Of a DNA stretch of 64,000 bases, positions 1-14,400 are shown piece by piece; position 1 is the stretch's first letter; every line of letters starts with the position of its first letter. The DNA is taken from NCBI GenBank assembly GCA_976226885.1, contig OZ320319.1, positions 68,820,001-68,884,000 of the forward strand, read 5' to 3'. Origin of the DNA: Iphione sp. A-MEVVRFRX5 (taxonomy: Eukaryota). The notes below the pieces were generated by a model. That model made no database searches. It saw only the letters and a program-made list of their open reading frames with translations, and was not told where the DNA came from. The position numbers and the translations under genes were made by a program.

Positions 1-2779
1 AGTAAGACTCACAAAAGTGCAGAATTCTAAGACTAAGAGTCATTAAAGTGCAGAATTTGATACCTGAGCCAACACTTTGTCAACAGGGCTTATTCATGTC
101 TACCTTTGAAAATGACTTCTGAGGCCTCTCTGCAGGCCCAAATTCGTGTGACAACACGGTCCTTAGGGGGACACTGCTTTGCTCCAAATCCAAGACATGT
201 CCGCATGGGGGACGCTCAACTGTACTGCTTTTGTTTGAAGGGACCCTTTGCAAGATTCTGGCCGATGTTAGGACTATATTTTTCCAGAGCACCTTTGCAT
301 CTGGATTTTACAAAGGCTACTTTCAAAGGCTGTTCATATAAACATAACTTATTACCGTGTATTAAAGAATTGATTTGCGTATCTCTCAATTAAGTTGAGG
401 AAAATATATGATCAGCAAATTGAAATGTTTTTCAAATCCTGCAAAGTTGAAAAGTGGGTAATAATAGGGAGGGGTTCCGCGTATAACGATATAGACCCAT
501 CCGTTTTTATGAAGGCAATACTGACCGTTTGTATCTCTTCATGGTCAAAAACAAAGTGTCGCTCAACAAAAGGAACAGTCCTTCACCCTTAAATATCTTG
601 GCACACCGTTCTTCACAGAGATAAGCATACCAGTCTTACTAACTTCTCACTCCCCTTTGTAACTTCTCACTCCTCTCAAACTACAGTCATGCTAAGCCCG
701 TCTACACACAGGGACATCGAAATCATGAAGCAACCTACTCATCAGACCTTTTCACCAAATGTGCAATGGTTCCACAACAGCTAACCATAAGCTTTAGCAA
801 CCATGAGAAGTTTACCTAAACGGAACGAAAATCGTACGTCATCACCAACAAATGACTCACCTTCGTATAAGTCACTGTAAACTTCAAAAACATATTATAG
901 CAAAGTCATGACCATCAGAGATATTTATATAATTTGTCGTTATATTTTCAAGAATGATTCTATTTAGGAAATAAAGACAAACATTTTCAGTTATCTTGAT
1001 ATATGTGATAGTGCCACAAAATCAAATGCAAATCCAAGAGTGTGCGTCTTTGAAAATGTCTGCAAGATAAGGTCGTCTTCAAAATGTCTAAGGGAACAAT
1101 AGTCCTAGGCAGGCAAAGGTTCGGAGGGAAATCTGTGGTAGGCAAATGCCTTAGATGAGCACACAGTCGACTGGCACATCCATGAAGCACCACAATATGG
1201 GCTAGATCAGAATTCCGGACAAATATTGTTGTACAAATTAATATACTTGCATGCAACGATACAGTCAGTACCAGTTTCGCTCGGAACCATGAAGGGATTA
1301 CGTATTGTAACATAATGCGAATAAATTATTATTCGGCCATTTTTTATGCTCCATGCCGCACGACTTTTCGGACGGAAGAGACACAATAGACGAATATATA
1401 AAGAATTCATATGGACCCTGCCCCCGGTGGATTTAAGCGGTGTTCCAGTAGCTGCCGAAGAAGGCACTAGTCTGGTCGCCTTGTTTGCTGGTACTGAAGG
1501 ACCTGTGGAGTTCTTCTCGGTAGTCGCATGATATCACTGGAGTATTTGTTACTAAACCATGCTCCTGCCACCATGTTATATTTTACCTTGTCTGCTCAAG
1601 TATCATGGTTTTTCTCTGTGGTAATTGAATATCTAAGGAGGTCCTAGTTGAGTATTTTTTAGGATATAAATTCTCTATGATACATCCTATGATTTTTAAC
1701 TACCGACGCTGATGAGCCAAGTGCTCTATTTAGAGAATGTTACAACTATCTCCTTTTATACCTCTATCATTGACCTGTTTCAGCCTTTGATTTCTTTTTA
1801 AATTTTGATGCACACACAGACAAGGGTTAATATCCCTTTGGCACTATCGGGGTGACGTGTTCTTCTACAAAGACCCTGATACCTTCAGCTAGACCATCTG
1901 TATTCCCCTGATTGTTTAGGGATTAAATGTTTGTCTCAAAGAGATTTAATCCTTAGGGGGGTGTTAATTAAGTCAAGTCGAGGATCAATCGTGGAACCGA
2001 AGTGTTCTGGCAACTTGCCTACAGCATGTGTTTGCCACCAGTCAGGTTATGCAGGATAAATGAATGATTAGTTTTTTCCCCGCAGTATTTGGCTCGCAAG
2101 CGAGTAAAAGTAACACTGACACTCTTAAATAATGGATTGCCAAGAATTTAAGGGATGCAGAAAACAAATTCGATTGGGATGAGGAGGAAAACGGATAATT
2201 ATAGGTAAACCTGAACTTGCACCGTCGAAATCTTATTGCGTTCCTCGCTGGCGGACCAAGAGCAAGGTAACATTGTTCGCTTTTCGCATATGTATCATAC
2301 GATTAATTCACACTTGCTGACATTAAATTCTATAATTGACAGTTTCGTCATTTCTTGCCAATGGCAGCAAAATGTTTGCACGATTCAAAAGCCGTTATTA
2401 AGGCAATCTTGCTGTGTTTTAAATTTTCGTTGGTTTCTATTGGGATGCGCCTATCATTGGGTGATGCTTTTAAAATGTGGTTGACTAACAAGACCCGTTC
2501 ATTGCGTCTCCAAGAAACATTTCTCTCTGTGCTGAATTTCTTCAGTAACAACTTTGCGACTGTCTCCCCTTGTTTTACTCCACCTAGACCTGTTATGGTG
2601 AATGATGTGAACTGCGACTCCTAGAGTTGGGCCCAGTTAAAACAAAGGATTCTATTTAACTCCGCTGGTGAAAATTAATAGTGCTGTATTTTGTACGTCT
2701 CTGTAGCGGTGAATCCGCATGTCGGCTTCTTAATCATGTTCGGATCAACCAGTTACAGGTACCTAGTCTGATAAGGGTG

Positions 2780-2897
2780 AATGATACCTCAAGGCATTCC
2801 CTGGTAAAGGGCGAATAATGGCCTATAATTAAGGCATTCCTTTGTACATAGTGGAAGAATGATGCTTTAAAGCATCCTGAGTCAGATCAGGCATCCA
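2780..2897 (-). repeat. Dispersed repeat with palindromic GAATGCCTT-AGG-ATCAT subunits (copy 1)
   Basis: Reverse complement aligns to 16600-16712 (TGCCTGATC...AAAG.ATCATTCT...GGAATGCCTT). Confidence 0.6.
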
Positions 2898-3216
2898 AAC
2901 AATTATTTTCGAAGATTTCTTGAAACTTGCAAAATAGCTACATTGATTCTATCTTTCATTGGATATGACAGGAACTAACATACATTTTTAATTAAAGAGC
3001 ATTATCATTGAAACCCCCGCGTTTTTTTGCGAGATGTCTAGTTATATAACCGTGCCCTACAGTCAATTTATGTTGTATGGCTCTACGCCCTCATAGGAAT
3101 TAGAGAAGGTTTATGGTTCCACTGGGATGCTAAGTCACACCTAACTCGCGAGTGACACCTGCATTTGAACCCTTTCACAAGTTAATCAGTCTGGCTACCT
3201 CATTTCAACCCTGACT

Positions 3217-3500
3217 AGAGAGACAGGGAGAGAATTAAGACAGAGAGAAAGAGAGACAAAGAAGAGAGGAAGGAAGGGAAAAAGAAATGGGTGAGAGAAG
3301 TGGTGAAAGATAAATGGTGGAGAGAAGAGAAATACACGAGAATTCTGATGAGAGAGAGGGGGAGGCGGTGAGGGTAGAGAGGGTAGGAATGGAAAGAGGA
3401 GAGCAATCGGGGCAGGAGGTAGAGAGGGCAGGAGGAGTGAGAAAAAAAGGGACTGGAAAAGGTGAGGGAAAACCTACAGACAGAAGAGTAAAAGGAAGGG
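3217..3500. repeat. GA-rich polypurine low-complexity tract
   Basis: About 280 nt of mostly G and A on the plus strand. Confidence 0.85.
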
Positions 3501-5379
3501 ATGTGCAGGTGTCCTCCGTCCGCTCTTGAACAATTTCATGACTCTATCTTCAAATCGAGTCTGTGCATCCATGGATCCTAAATTTAAAAACAATAATGTT
3601 CACTCTCTTACAGTTTAGCATCCAAATGTGGAAATAGCAAGGTGTAAATTAATAGAGAGAAACACATAGAACATTTCAATTACTGATGGCGACATGCATT
3701 TGGATGAAGCGAAAGTACCAAACTGAAACTTTGGTGACCATGGTGGCTGTTTTTTTTTTACCAGTATTGACAATTTTGTCACTTCAGATTTTCGTGTGAA
3801 TAATTAGAGATCAAATGCAGCAACATGCTCTACTTGATCATATTCAAATATATGCAAATTCTGCATACTAATTCCTCGACGATCAGAATCTGACCGTGCT
3901 GTTTGCATCATATAAAATCCTTGTTTTTCAATTCCGCTATCTGCGTTTCGAGAGACCTTTCAGCCCAGCCATAGGCAAGTCCTTCTCCTCTGCTGATCAG
4001 GAATCTCCGAGAAGCTCGTCAGGTGGGACAAATACTCATTCGGACTATAAGATACGCCACACTCAGCCTGCCACTTCTCAGGTGTACCGACTCGCCTTCT
4101 CCAGCGGTAGGGTCTTATTCTAGAGAGGAATGCATTGGCTAGCAGATCAGCCAAGTCGACCGATCTCAGATTTCCAATGAGGAACTAGATATGTTCATAT
4201 CTTACCATGAATTGCGTACAGCTGCTCTCAAGGTGGGTAAATTTGCATCTACTCTCACATTTGACCAACTAAAGTAGGCTGCCTCGCTTTCATAATGTCC
4301 CCTCTATCCAATATTCATGGGGGAAATCCACTTTGTTTTGCTTTGAGTAAGGCATGAGATTCATGGGGATTCAAATCATATAGATCCACTTTGATGAGAC
4401 TGCTGTCCCAAATTGATTTTCTCTTTCCGCGCCGCGCATTTCACACATTGTGTGCTTGTCAACAGAGAATAGCCAGAGGGTTCTGCGCGTATAGTGATTT
4501 AATGAAAAAAAGTGTTCTCTCTTGTGTTTTCAAGAGTATTGATCCAATCTTCGCGCTGCCAATTTTATCAATCATAATATGAATACTGTTTTCCCTCCGT
4601 TCTTTCTCCCTTCTCCTTGATTTTCCAGTTCTTGCGTGGAGGACAAGATGGTGTATATTTATGACAATAAGTGGTGTTTATATTTTACGGCCGTCTTTTT
4701 CATCAACTAAGTCCCGGTGTAGACAATTCATAAGAGCTAGTACCTTACAGTGATTAATAAATCCTAGGGACGGATCCTTCTTTGAAGCTAGCTGATAAGA
4801 CCACAAAAAGGGAGCATTGTCGACATTTGATCAACGTGGGTAATATTTGATCGATTTGCTAGTGCTAGGATACAGTGAGTGCGCGGTAGATACGTGGCGA
4901 CCGCCGCCTGAATCTAATCGTTGCGACAGGAGTCCGAGATTTCACAGGTTCTACTAACTTCGTCCTCAGTGCTCAGTATCAGTTGCTGGCCTCCACTGGA
5001 TGCTGTCTAGGGCGGGAGAAGCTTGACGAGCAGGCGGTATCCACATATAGACAAGTCGCGCACAATCCATATCCCTTGCCCCAAGCCAGCAAAAGCCAAC
5101 AAAGAAAAGCTCTACACCACAGTGTAACAGGATATAAAGTCTTGTACGAATCGATCCGGGTGTTTTCTGGCGATTTAAACAAACTCCAAAGTCGATGGGA
5201 AAACACCGTTTCGTCTGTTATCTCCCGTGTTTTGGCAAAAAAACGACCGGCATTGTAATGGAAGATTTTTGTAGAAACAGTCTGAAATAAAGCCGAAACG
5301 TTACCAGAAGTTTGGACCAAAAAGTGTGCTCTCCGTAAGTGACAAGGTCGTGGAGAGAGAGAGCTTATCACTACCTTAC

Positions 5380-5443
5380 CTGAGCGATGCCAGAGCCTCG
5401 GTCATGCTTCCTATGAATCAGGAGCACAGGCACAAAGGCCATG
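5380..5443 (-). other. Candidate exon (64 nt; MAFVPVLLIHRKHDRGSGIAQ)
   Basis: Donor CAG|GTAAGG, modest acceptor TTTTGTCAG, one open frame, ATG in good Kozak context (CAGCATGG). Confidence 0.25.
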
Positions 5444-8264
5444 CTGACAAAACCATCCATTCACATCACTAACAATAGAGATTAAATGCACCTCCGCATT
5501 TCAGGCACTAAAAGCCGACGCACACCTTCTAATGGCATGATAAAATATTGTCGGTAATCTTTCAGGGGTTTTCTGACCGATCGCGTGGATTAGTAATGAA
5601 TTTGTGATAGGCGCCGTAGACAGAGCAACAGCTGTGTCCCTCACTTTATTCAGTTTTATTTTTTCATCCTAGAACCACTTTTGCCAACAGGCATAATCCA
5701 CCTCATGCATCAACACCAGGCGATCTATTCCAATGCACTTAAGACGCCCTAAAAGGCACCATAAACGTTTGCTCTCTCTTGAAATGCTTCTGTGCAGGAT
5801 TATTTGGTACCTTTTAGTTTGGGGAAGACTATAACATATAAAAGAAACGTTTTCTTGCTAATATTGTGTCTTTGAAACACGCCTTGAAAAACTACAAGTT
5901 AGATGCCAAGATTTACTTGACTATTAGAGTTATTACAAGTGAGATAAAGTATAGATGAAACAACGTCCTATACTTTTACTGATACGTACATACTGAACGG
6001 CGTTTTTTCACATTCAACGTTAGGACCCTCTTTCAAATCATTTTCCAGCTAACATCGATGCTTTGGAGTGTCTACGTTAAAGGAAAGGCCCCAAAATGGT
6101 TCTTTTAGTATGTACATCGCCTGTATTTAATAGTTAAATCAAATTATTAAATCTCCAATTGTGCCTGTTATGATACATGTTGATGTGTGACTAACAGGCC
6201 TTAGACCATGAAACGTGTGGGTGTGTATGGGCATGTACAGGAGGTGGAAAACAGTGCAACAGTTTTGTTCATGTGTGTAATTATGTTAGGCGCTAACACA
6301 AAATTGCTAGCGCCCTATTGTGCAAGCTTTCCGGAAGTATGCAACTGTGTAGAAGAGGAATGTTGCACGATCTTAGATATGAGCAAATAGCATATAAATG
6401 GAGTATACATTTCTATATAAGACAAGAGAGGAGACCAGACCTCAACAGAAGCCCCATTTCTCCAGTCCGGTTGGTGGCCTTCTAAGCAGATGCTGACTTT
6501 AATAACTGAAATTTTAAAATGCACAGAGGTCGCCTATTTGTTAATTGTGCCTAATTTGTTGAAACTCGGAGTTTTCGTTTGCAACGTTGTTGAATTTGAG
6601 ACCAATCTCTGGAAATGACAAGTTTTTAAATTCAAATGTTATGCAAATTAGGCAGATTATTGCCGTGACCTACACCCACCGACACACACACACTCCTTTC
6701 CTTACAGATCAAAGATCAGTTCTTCTGTTCACCTGTTGGATGCTCAGAGATGAGGATAACGACATAATCTTCCTGCCTCTCCTCAAAGAACCTTCCTCCA
6801 CCTTTTCTCACAGCTTTCCTCACATGAGAGCGACAGTAGGGACTACAGTGTGGCAGAGACCCTTCCTCACACCGTTCCTCACACCAGAGTGGTGGGAGGG
6901 ACAGCACAAGAGAGATCCTTCCGATGTTTCTTTGTATTCCTGCTTTGTACAGAATAATTCTCGAATTATTTTCAAATCTTTATTGTCACTGGAACAATGT
7001 ATACACATGGTATATCTCAATCCAGTACATACCGCACAATTCAATTCTTTCATGTTATGTACAATGAGAATGTATAACAGAGGAGGTAGCAAAGTTAGTT
7101 GTTGAGAGGCACTATCAGTCTGTCGTCATTGCAGTCATATCTCTCTCTGCTATGATTTCATAATTAAATCAGGGCTACACCCTGTAGTCTGTGGATCACA
7201 TCCTGTCCTTATTATATTCATGATTCAGTGCAGGAATCACATCCTGCCCTGGACATGTATTATGTAACATTCTCGTGTACGGCCACGCCCTGTGCAAAAA
7301 TTGTTAATTACTATTTCAGTTACATCAACATTGAGGGTAATTTGAAGTCTCACTTGACACTGCATTGTCTTCTCCTTTTCTGTAGCATTCTCCTAAATTT
7401 TAACTGGGGTAAATGTATTTCTGGTACCGGAAGTTTATTCCATGATTTTTAATATTTGTATGGTACTGAGTTTTTTCATTTTTTTACGGGGCCTGGTAAT
7501 ACTTAATAATTTACGTCCATTTTCACACTGTGTTAAATCTATGTGCTGTTTTCATGCCTGTTTCAGTCATGCTCCCTTATTTTCACCTTATCCTTATTGA
7601 AATATACGTCACTACCTACTTTTAGAATAGTTGTTTCTTGGCAAGCTTTTGAGCTCTATTTTAATGTGGGTACTTTTCTACCATATACTAATTGATAAAT
7701 CTTCTTTCTCAGGATTGCATATCGATTTTTAGCTTGGTTGGAGTTTTGATCCATGCAGATCAGACTATTATAGGTACATGTATTATCACTGAATTGGCTA
7801 AACAATTTGTAGTTTTTGCATCCATGTATATTCTAATTCTATGAAAATGCCTAAACTAAGCATACACCTTCCTTATCACGCTTGCTATATGCAGATCAAA
7901 CTTGTATTACTTATAAACTTGGTCTTAAGGATATTTACTTTCATTCTGTGATTTCTACACGGTATTCTGAGCATATCCAGTCCATGTTGCCGTCTATTTC
8001 TGGTGTCAGAAAGATTTTTCAACAGTTACGACTATAACTAAGTCGCATGGTTAGAGCAGTGTTTGACCATTTATATGTTTCGAGGTATATTGCTGAAGGT
8101 CCACTGTTTACCCAAGTCACGAATGGCAACTCCACATAAAAATCCCTCAAAAGCACAGCACAATTCCAGTACTGTGCAGCACCATTCCAAAATAGCGCAA
8201 GTGGGGCTTTGCACCTGGAGGAATCTGCAACAATTTCCACATAGTAGTGCGATCTTCGATTCCC

Positions 8265-8427
8265 CAGGGCTGGGTGCCCAAGGAGAACTTGTTGCATTTT
8301 GAAATATCTGTGTCACAAAAAAGACCAAAATTCAGCACTAAATCCGTAGTTAAGGAATCAAAGTTGTCGCATCTTTTAATGCCCATGTCGCACTTTTTCA
8401 CGAAATGCGACAGGTTGCCCAGCTCTG
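8265..8427. mobile_element. MITE with CAG..CTG termini and 5-bp TSD (TTCCC)
   Basis: Left CAGGGCTGGG...AACTTGTTGCATTTTGAAA versus right reverse complement CAGAGCTGGGCAACCTGTCGCATTTCGTGAAA. TTCCC lies directly before (8260-8264) and directly after (8428-8432). Confidence 0.6.
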
Positions 8428-10989
8428 TTCCCAAGAAGCGCAGCACATTTCCTGAATAGTGCAAATTCCATTTCCCCTAGCATGTACTATACGATGAGAG
8501 TATGAGCTTATTTCTACAGTTATATTTTTGAAAATAACCTATTGATAAAAGAATAGAGGATGACAATTCCATGGAGACTATTACACTACTGAATACGAAA
8601 TGTTGTAGCTTGAAGTGCTTTGTTCCGAAAATCGAATAAAATCTTAAAAGTCAAAACAAACAACTGGCTTAATGGGTAAGACATGTCGTGGATTTCAGAA
8701 TATTATTACTCTAAAGCTACCTCGTAGAGAGAGAATCCATGTGGGATCATCCCAATATATAATTACTAAAAAGGATGGTTCTTCTCTTCACAGCTGAGCA
8801 GTGCACTCGAAGACAATAATTTATAAATACTTTGTGTAAGAATACTTTGACTAATTAGTACCCAAGAAGTTGGATATTACCACTGTGTTAATAGCTAGAA
8901 GGACAAATACACCCGTTATTCGGTCATAATATGGAATAACCCAGAATACTCTATTCCTGGAATTTATTCCCCGTAATGTTCGATAGTTCTGGAGAAGCTG
9001 AGAGTAGCGTGGTATCTTCCAACACAGTGTGGCGTCTCCCAGCACAGCATGATATCTTCTAGCCCACTGTGGTGCAAAGATCTTATTAGAGAGGAACGTT
9101 AAACTACCTACGCGGTACACCAGACAAACAGATGCCCACATAAATATCTCCTGCCGTCGGAGCTCTATCGGTAGTTCACGAATACAGTATGGTATGTTAT
9201 ATGATAAAAATTGAAAGGATTGTTGCAGAATTCTTCTTCAAATAATTATTGCCAAAACAAATATCAAGGACAGTTCTGAAACAGTATAGGGGTCATCTTA
9301 CAGTCCATTCGGAACCAAATTGCAGTCTGACAGCTTTTTCACGTTGAGAAAAAAACAACTCTATCGCTAAGATTGGACTTAAGAAGAAAAAACGATGACC
9401 TTAAATGTAAATGTAATTAGACTTAAATGTAATGTAATTAGTGTCTTGTATCTATTTTATACTACATGAAGAGGATAATCGTTCGGGATTCATATATTCG
9501 AGCGATAGCCTGGGGACACTAGGTAAAATACTTATAGTATGGCAGCCATTAATCTCATTTCTAAGGCTCTGTTGCCTAAAGAAGAGGGAATTGGCGGCCC
9601 AATTTTTGAAGTTCCAGCAGTCCTGGCCGATTGCATGCATATGACCTCAGGGATTAGGTTCAATGATACGCTTGTCGCTGCTGAGGGCCTCTATCTGCGC
9701 AGTAACAAAGGTCCGTCAGCTCTTAACGTTGGACTACAGCGTATCAGCCCTGGGTCAGGCGCTCCAATATTACAGGCATTGAGGGCTGCTTTTGGGAAGA
9801 TATTGACATTCTGCAGCTCACCGGTTAGGAGGCAGCGGAACGTATGGCGGGTCTGATGAGCACCGCACTTTCAACAATTCACTAAAAAAAAGCCACAGTA
9901 TCTTTTTATCTCTTGTAAACGTGATCTGAAACTCAAACTCTGTCTTTAGATCTTCCAAGAAAGGAGGCCCGAGACCTCTGAAACTTCGATTTCTGTGAGG
10001 ACGCGTGTATGTTATGCAGGTCGATTACTAGAATGATAACATATAGCTCTTTAAAAACGTCTTTCCTTCATTGTATTTTCAGGTGTATTGACCTTCTCGT
10101 GGGTCCGTTCCAGGTTAAAAACAAAAGCCAGCTCACTCGGTATAAAAAATAACACGATGATCAGTCCTCTATAGCCGTACGCTTTAAGCAGACCAAGGAA
10201 TATGATTCCCTGACGTGTGGCGTATTGCAACTGCTATTCAATAATGAAGGCTTCTATTCTCCTCAAGCATCAAACGCGGGCGCCCGGTTCACCCCGAGGG
10301 CCTCTTCTCATGCTCAGAACAAATCGCATTCATGATTTAAATTTCGATTCGTCCGTGTCGTAGGTCGAACGTATTCATTCCACTCTTGTTCCCGCGGACC
10401 GCTCAGACGGCGATGGATCAAAAGAGGTCCCCTACTACAATCCCCTGATGTTCTCAAATGAGCCATCAAGATTCTATAGGAGCGGGTCTCGGAACACTTG
10501 GTCTCTTCAGAACATGCCGCGGGTAAAGGGATCTTCTGAAGGAGCAAGGTGAAATGGATAATAATGGAGAGAGAGATTTCTCTTTGCTGTGTAATACCAA
10601 TGATAAACACATTGAGCATCGGAAAGCCCGGTCCAAAATGCATCTTGTGTGATTTCTGTCTTTATGAGAGGCCCATACAATTTCTGCCATTTGCATCAGA
10701 TATATTGTGTCTAAACTTTTTATATATGAAGTAATGTTAACATTGGTGGTCGGCTCAGGAATCCTCAAAATCATAGATATTACTCAAGACTTCCGCGAAC
10801 AAAAGGCGACGTCAATCGATCTTGAAAAAGTTTTTAACCGTCCGAATTCCAAATTGCTTGCGTCAGCCTGCCTTTGGGTTACCGGCCGGCAGAGACGATG
10901 ACCTCTACAAGCTTTGATGACAGACATCTGAGGAGCTCCTTTAGCTCTAGATGAACGCGTCTTGTGCAGGAACACGCCATCATCCATCA

Positions 10990-11460
10990 TATTGGTTACC
11001 TAAGCAACCAGGTTTAGCTCCCACCCGCTGGATGTGGCCTGTCTCTCCAGACCAGGGCGGTGGGGGGCGGCCGGTGACCGACTGATGCGCCCGCCGGAAT
11101 ACAAAGTACGCGCGGGGGAAGTTGATCTTGTCCGCCAATCGGCGTGCCAGTCCAGGCGGCGAAATGCCATTATTGGTCAGCAAGCGGGCCGCTTGTGCGT
11201 AGGCGACGGCGGACATATTCTGATCAATCAGGTTGGTATGTGAGTGTGTGTAGGACGTCGGTGGGAGAGTAAGAGAGGAAGAGAAAGGATTGACCTTGGT
11301 CGGTGGCGGTGATTGTGGCACTGAGAGAGGGGTTTGGTCGCCGGATGCGAGGCGAAAAAGAAAAGAACCCATCGTCGTCGGTTATAGCCATTAATACTAC
11401 ATGGTGGTGGGGACACCGCCAGGAATTGACCAATGCTGCAGCGGGCAAGCTGATTAAAGA
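10990..11460. promoter_or_regulatory. CpG-rich island, promoter/enhancer-like
   Basis: High GC and CpG, GGGCGG boxes near 11056-11070, CCAAT at about 11135 and 11431, adjacent GA tract at about 11264-11290. Confidence 0.4.
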
Positions 11461-14400
11461 AGTTCCCGAGGGATATAGTTATACCCTTTCATGTCAAATA
11501 TGAAAGACACACATACCCTAAGGTCTAACAGACCTATGCATGTGCATATTTGCATACCTTGCCCCAGATCTACTAGAACTGGCTTTATTGTCCGTGTATT
11601 CAGGTCATCAGTACGATGGTGTCGCTGTACAGCACTTTGTCACTTGCTCGCAGAAAACAAGCAAAGTCGACGTTTTTCGCTCTGAGTTAGATGAAGAAAA
11701 TAGGTTTAATCGTTCTTCAATCATCAGATTCTAGATCCTCAACAGGGAATTCTTCCTGGTAACTATTACAATATATTAGAGGACTTCTGATTTCTGTCTG
11801 CATAGTTAAAGTGTATTACTCATTGTGTATTCCTACATTGACATCCTCCTCACAACTCTCACTACTTCGTTCTATTCCTGTTCTAAATGTAATCATACAA
11901 TATGCTCTGCCAGCATGTCACATGGTGTAGGGCGTTGGCAACTTCGTTAGTGTGCATTTGAGAGCGCTCCCCTAACAATGATCGTCTTCACAATGTGGTC
12001 AGGAAGCATGAGGCTAGCGTCACGATTAAATTAATCAATTACTAGGTACTTAGAAGTGACTTGAATCGAGGGACTTCCCACCGGCCTGCTGTGTGGCGAG
12101 CAGTTCTTTCATTCAGCTCATGCATCTGTGGACTTGCACTTGAAAACGTCACGGCGCCGTTTTGATACGTTACTGTGGCTATTGCACTCATTAGACCTAA
12201 TTCATACGTGCTAATCAAATTGGTGTAGGATGCGACGGCGTTTACTTGCGTAATTACCCAAGGAAATACGTTACGGAGAGCAAGGTGTTTTCCCTAGTTG
12301 CTCTTTAGACGAAGCCAATGGGCGTAAAGCTTCATAGTGCCAAGGCGCCTAGCCTTGTCGAGCTAGTTATCACACTGGTTGTAGACTGGTAAAGGGAATA
12401 GTGGTCGTTCAAATGGTATTTACACCTTAAGTCGATATGTCCCTGTTACATGCTTAATTAACTCTCTACGTATATTTCAAAGAACTAATACAGGAACAGA
12501 TATACAGTGATCCAATTTTCTTCCATTATGCATAGTCCTAATGGGAAGTGATTGCTTCCATTACACCAGTAGGGACCTGTTAAGTGAAGCCGAAAGAAAG
12601 CTGTAATGAAGCCATTTGAAAATATCGGACGAATCTTGGTGCTTTTGATTAGCTGAGCCCGCTTAAGAAAATTTACGTCACCAAAATCTAGTTACCTGCT
12701 CTGACACAACGGTTTTGATTAGCACAACTAACGTTGACAGCTCTCGGGTCGCGTGATGCTTCGGTTCTAGGAGTGCTATTGTTTTTAACGCCAACCATCA
12801 GAGTCTGCACACAAAGTTGGTAGTTTAGGAACTTTGCAGAAGGAAGTGCACGTGAATCTTGGCGTGGACTACTGTGAACGGTGTTAGCGTAATGGTGAGG
12901 TCCAGGCAGCAAATCAACCTAATGTTTCTGTCTGTCACAGATAACATGGGCAGATGAACAACGCGGGAAAGTATTCAAAAGGAATTATTTCTCCTTAAAG
13001 CAGTGCAGCGGGGAACTTGTTGAAATAGCAGGAACGTGGCCACGAAAATCGGATAGACATTATGTCTCCTATTATCTGAGGAAAATGGTGTAGTAGTGCG
13101 TGTAGAAATACCTTTAACACAGTGTTTCCCTCCAAGAGCAAAGCTATTTGTTGTGCCTAATGTCCGAATCGCCTGGCGCCGCCCCTTGGTGATTTGTCTG
13201 TGAGCATCTAGAGCCTTCCCTAGGAGGGCTTCACAGAGTGACGTGGAGAGGACATCGCATGACTGCTGTCAGGCAGCCTCTACCGGGCTCCATTTGGCCA
13301 TTGTGTAGCGATAGCACGGGATGCATAGGTCATGTTTGCGTTATTGGATGGAGTTTACTGGTTCGGGCACCGTGTGGAGATGCCTGAGGAACAGTTTCTG
13401 GCAGTTTGTGGCCTTCACTGCCATCTCATGAAGGGTACTGACAAGTGGTGGGTGCAGCGTTGTGGGAATCCTTTCAGCCCGACAATCAATATGTAAACGA
13501 TACCATTCATAACAGACGCACGTCCATTACACCCGTCGCCTCTATTCAAAAACATATTTAATCTGCCTGTCTCATCATTCTTCCTGTTACCTCTCTCTCT
13601 CTCCTCTATCTCCTTCTCTTCCTCTCACTCCATCCACATTTCTCCCTGGTACAAAGATTCGTGTATATGTCTAAGTATCATTCTAGAGAAAACTGCATTT
13701 ATTTATGTATATATAATTTATTGTTTTCTCAAGACCGAAAATTACTTCATAGTAACTTCACTTTGAGTGAAGTCACTATGATCCGGTCACGGTTAGAGTA
13801 GAAGTTTTACTGTATTAGTTCTTGCGTATAACTACGACAGAATGGGGTTAGTTACACAAAGCAAAACCCTGCTAGCATATTTACCCTAACATATTTTAAA
13901 AGGTATTAAGAAAGACTATGTACAACGGGGGGGAGGGCGAGGATAGAACATTAGATAACATTTTGTAGAGCAGAACCTGTTCGAATGAAAAGTGCAGAAG
14001 CTTGTAAATTATTTATATCATTTTCTGCATGAGATGACCGCGGCGCACTCCTACAGTTGCACAGTCTGGGGGTAATGTGTATAACTTGCCCAGCCGCAGG
14101 GTGAAAGGCAGGCTGCGTCCAGACGAGGCCGGAATATCAGCAGCACCCAGGAACCAAAGCACGAACCATGAGAAACGAGAGCTTCCTGCAAGTAGCATTG
14201 TGGTAATACTAATACACGTGTGTGTATTTACGTATGTACATACTAGTATATCCTTTATATTTCAGAGCAGCAACTCTTGACATGAGGTAAAGAAATTATT
14301 GCATGCAATGTACAGATGTTGCCCAGAAACTAGGCAAAGTTGAAAAAAACTTCTTCCTGGAGAGTAAGATCGCAATGGAAATAAATGAAAGTTAGTCAAT

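Noticed and set aside
3960-4121. Terminal minus-strand exon after the acceptor at 4122 (NKTLPLEKASRYT*)
   Set aside because: Very short frame with no homology. It cannot be distinguished from chance.
9853-9880. CTGATGA cores (also about 740 minus, 1709, 18255 minus, 24025 minus) as hammerhead ribozymes
   Set aside because: None is followed by a stem II and GAAA at the required distance.
13774-13782. CACTATGAT (also at 50674-50682), resembling the ProtoRAG/RSS heptamer end
   Set aside because: Only about 9 nt match, with no inverted partner, no 5-bp TSD and no RAG-like ORF. Close to chance expectation.
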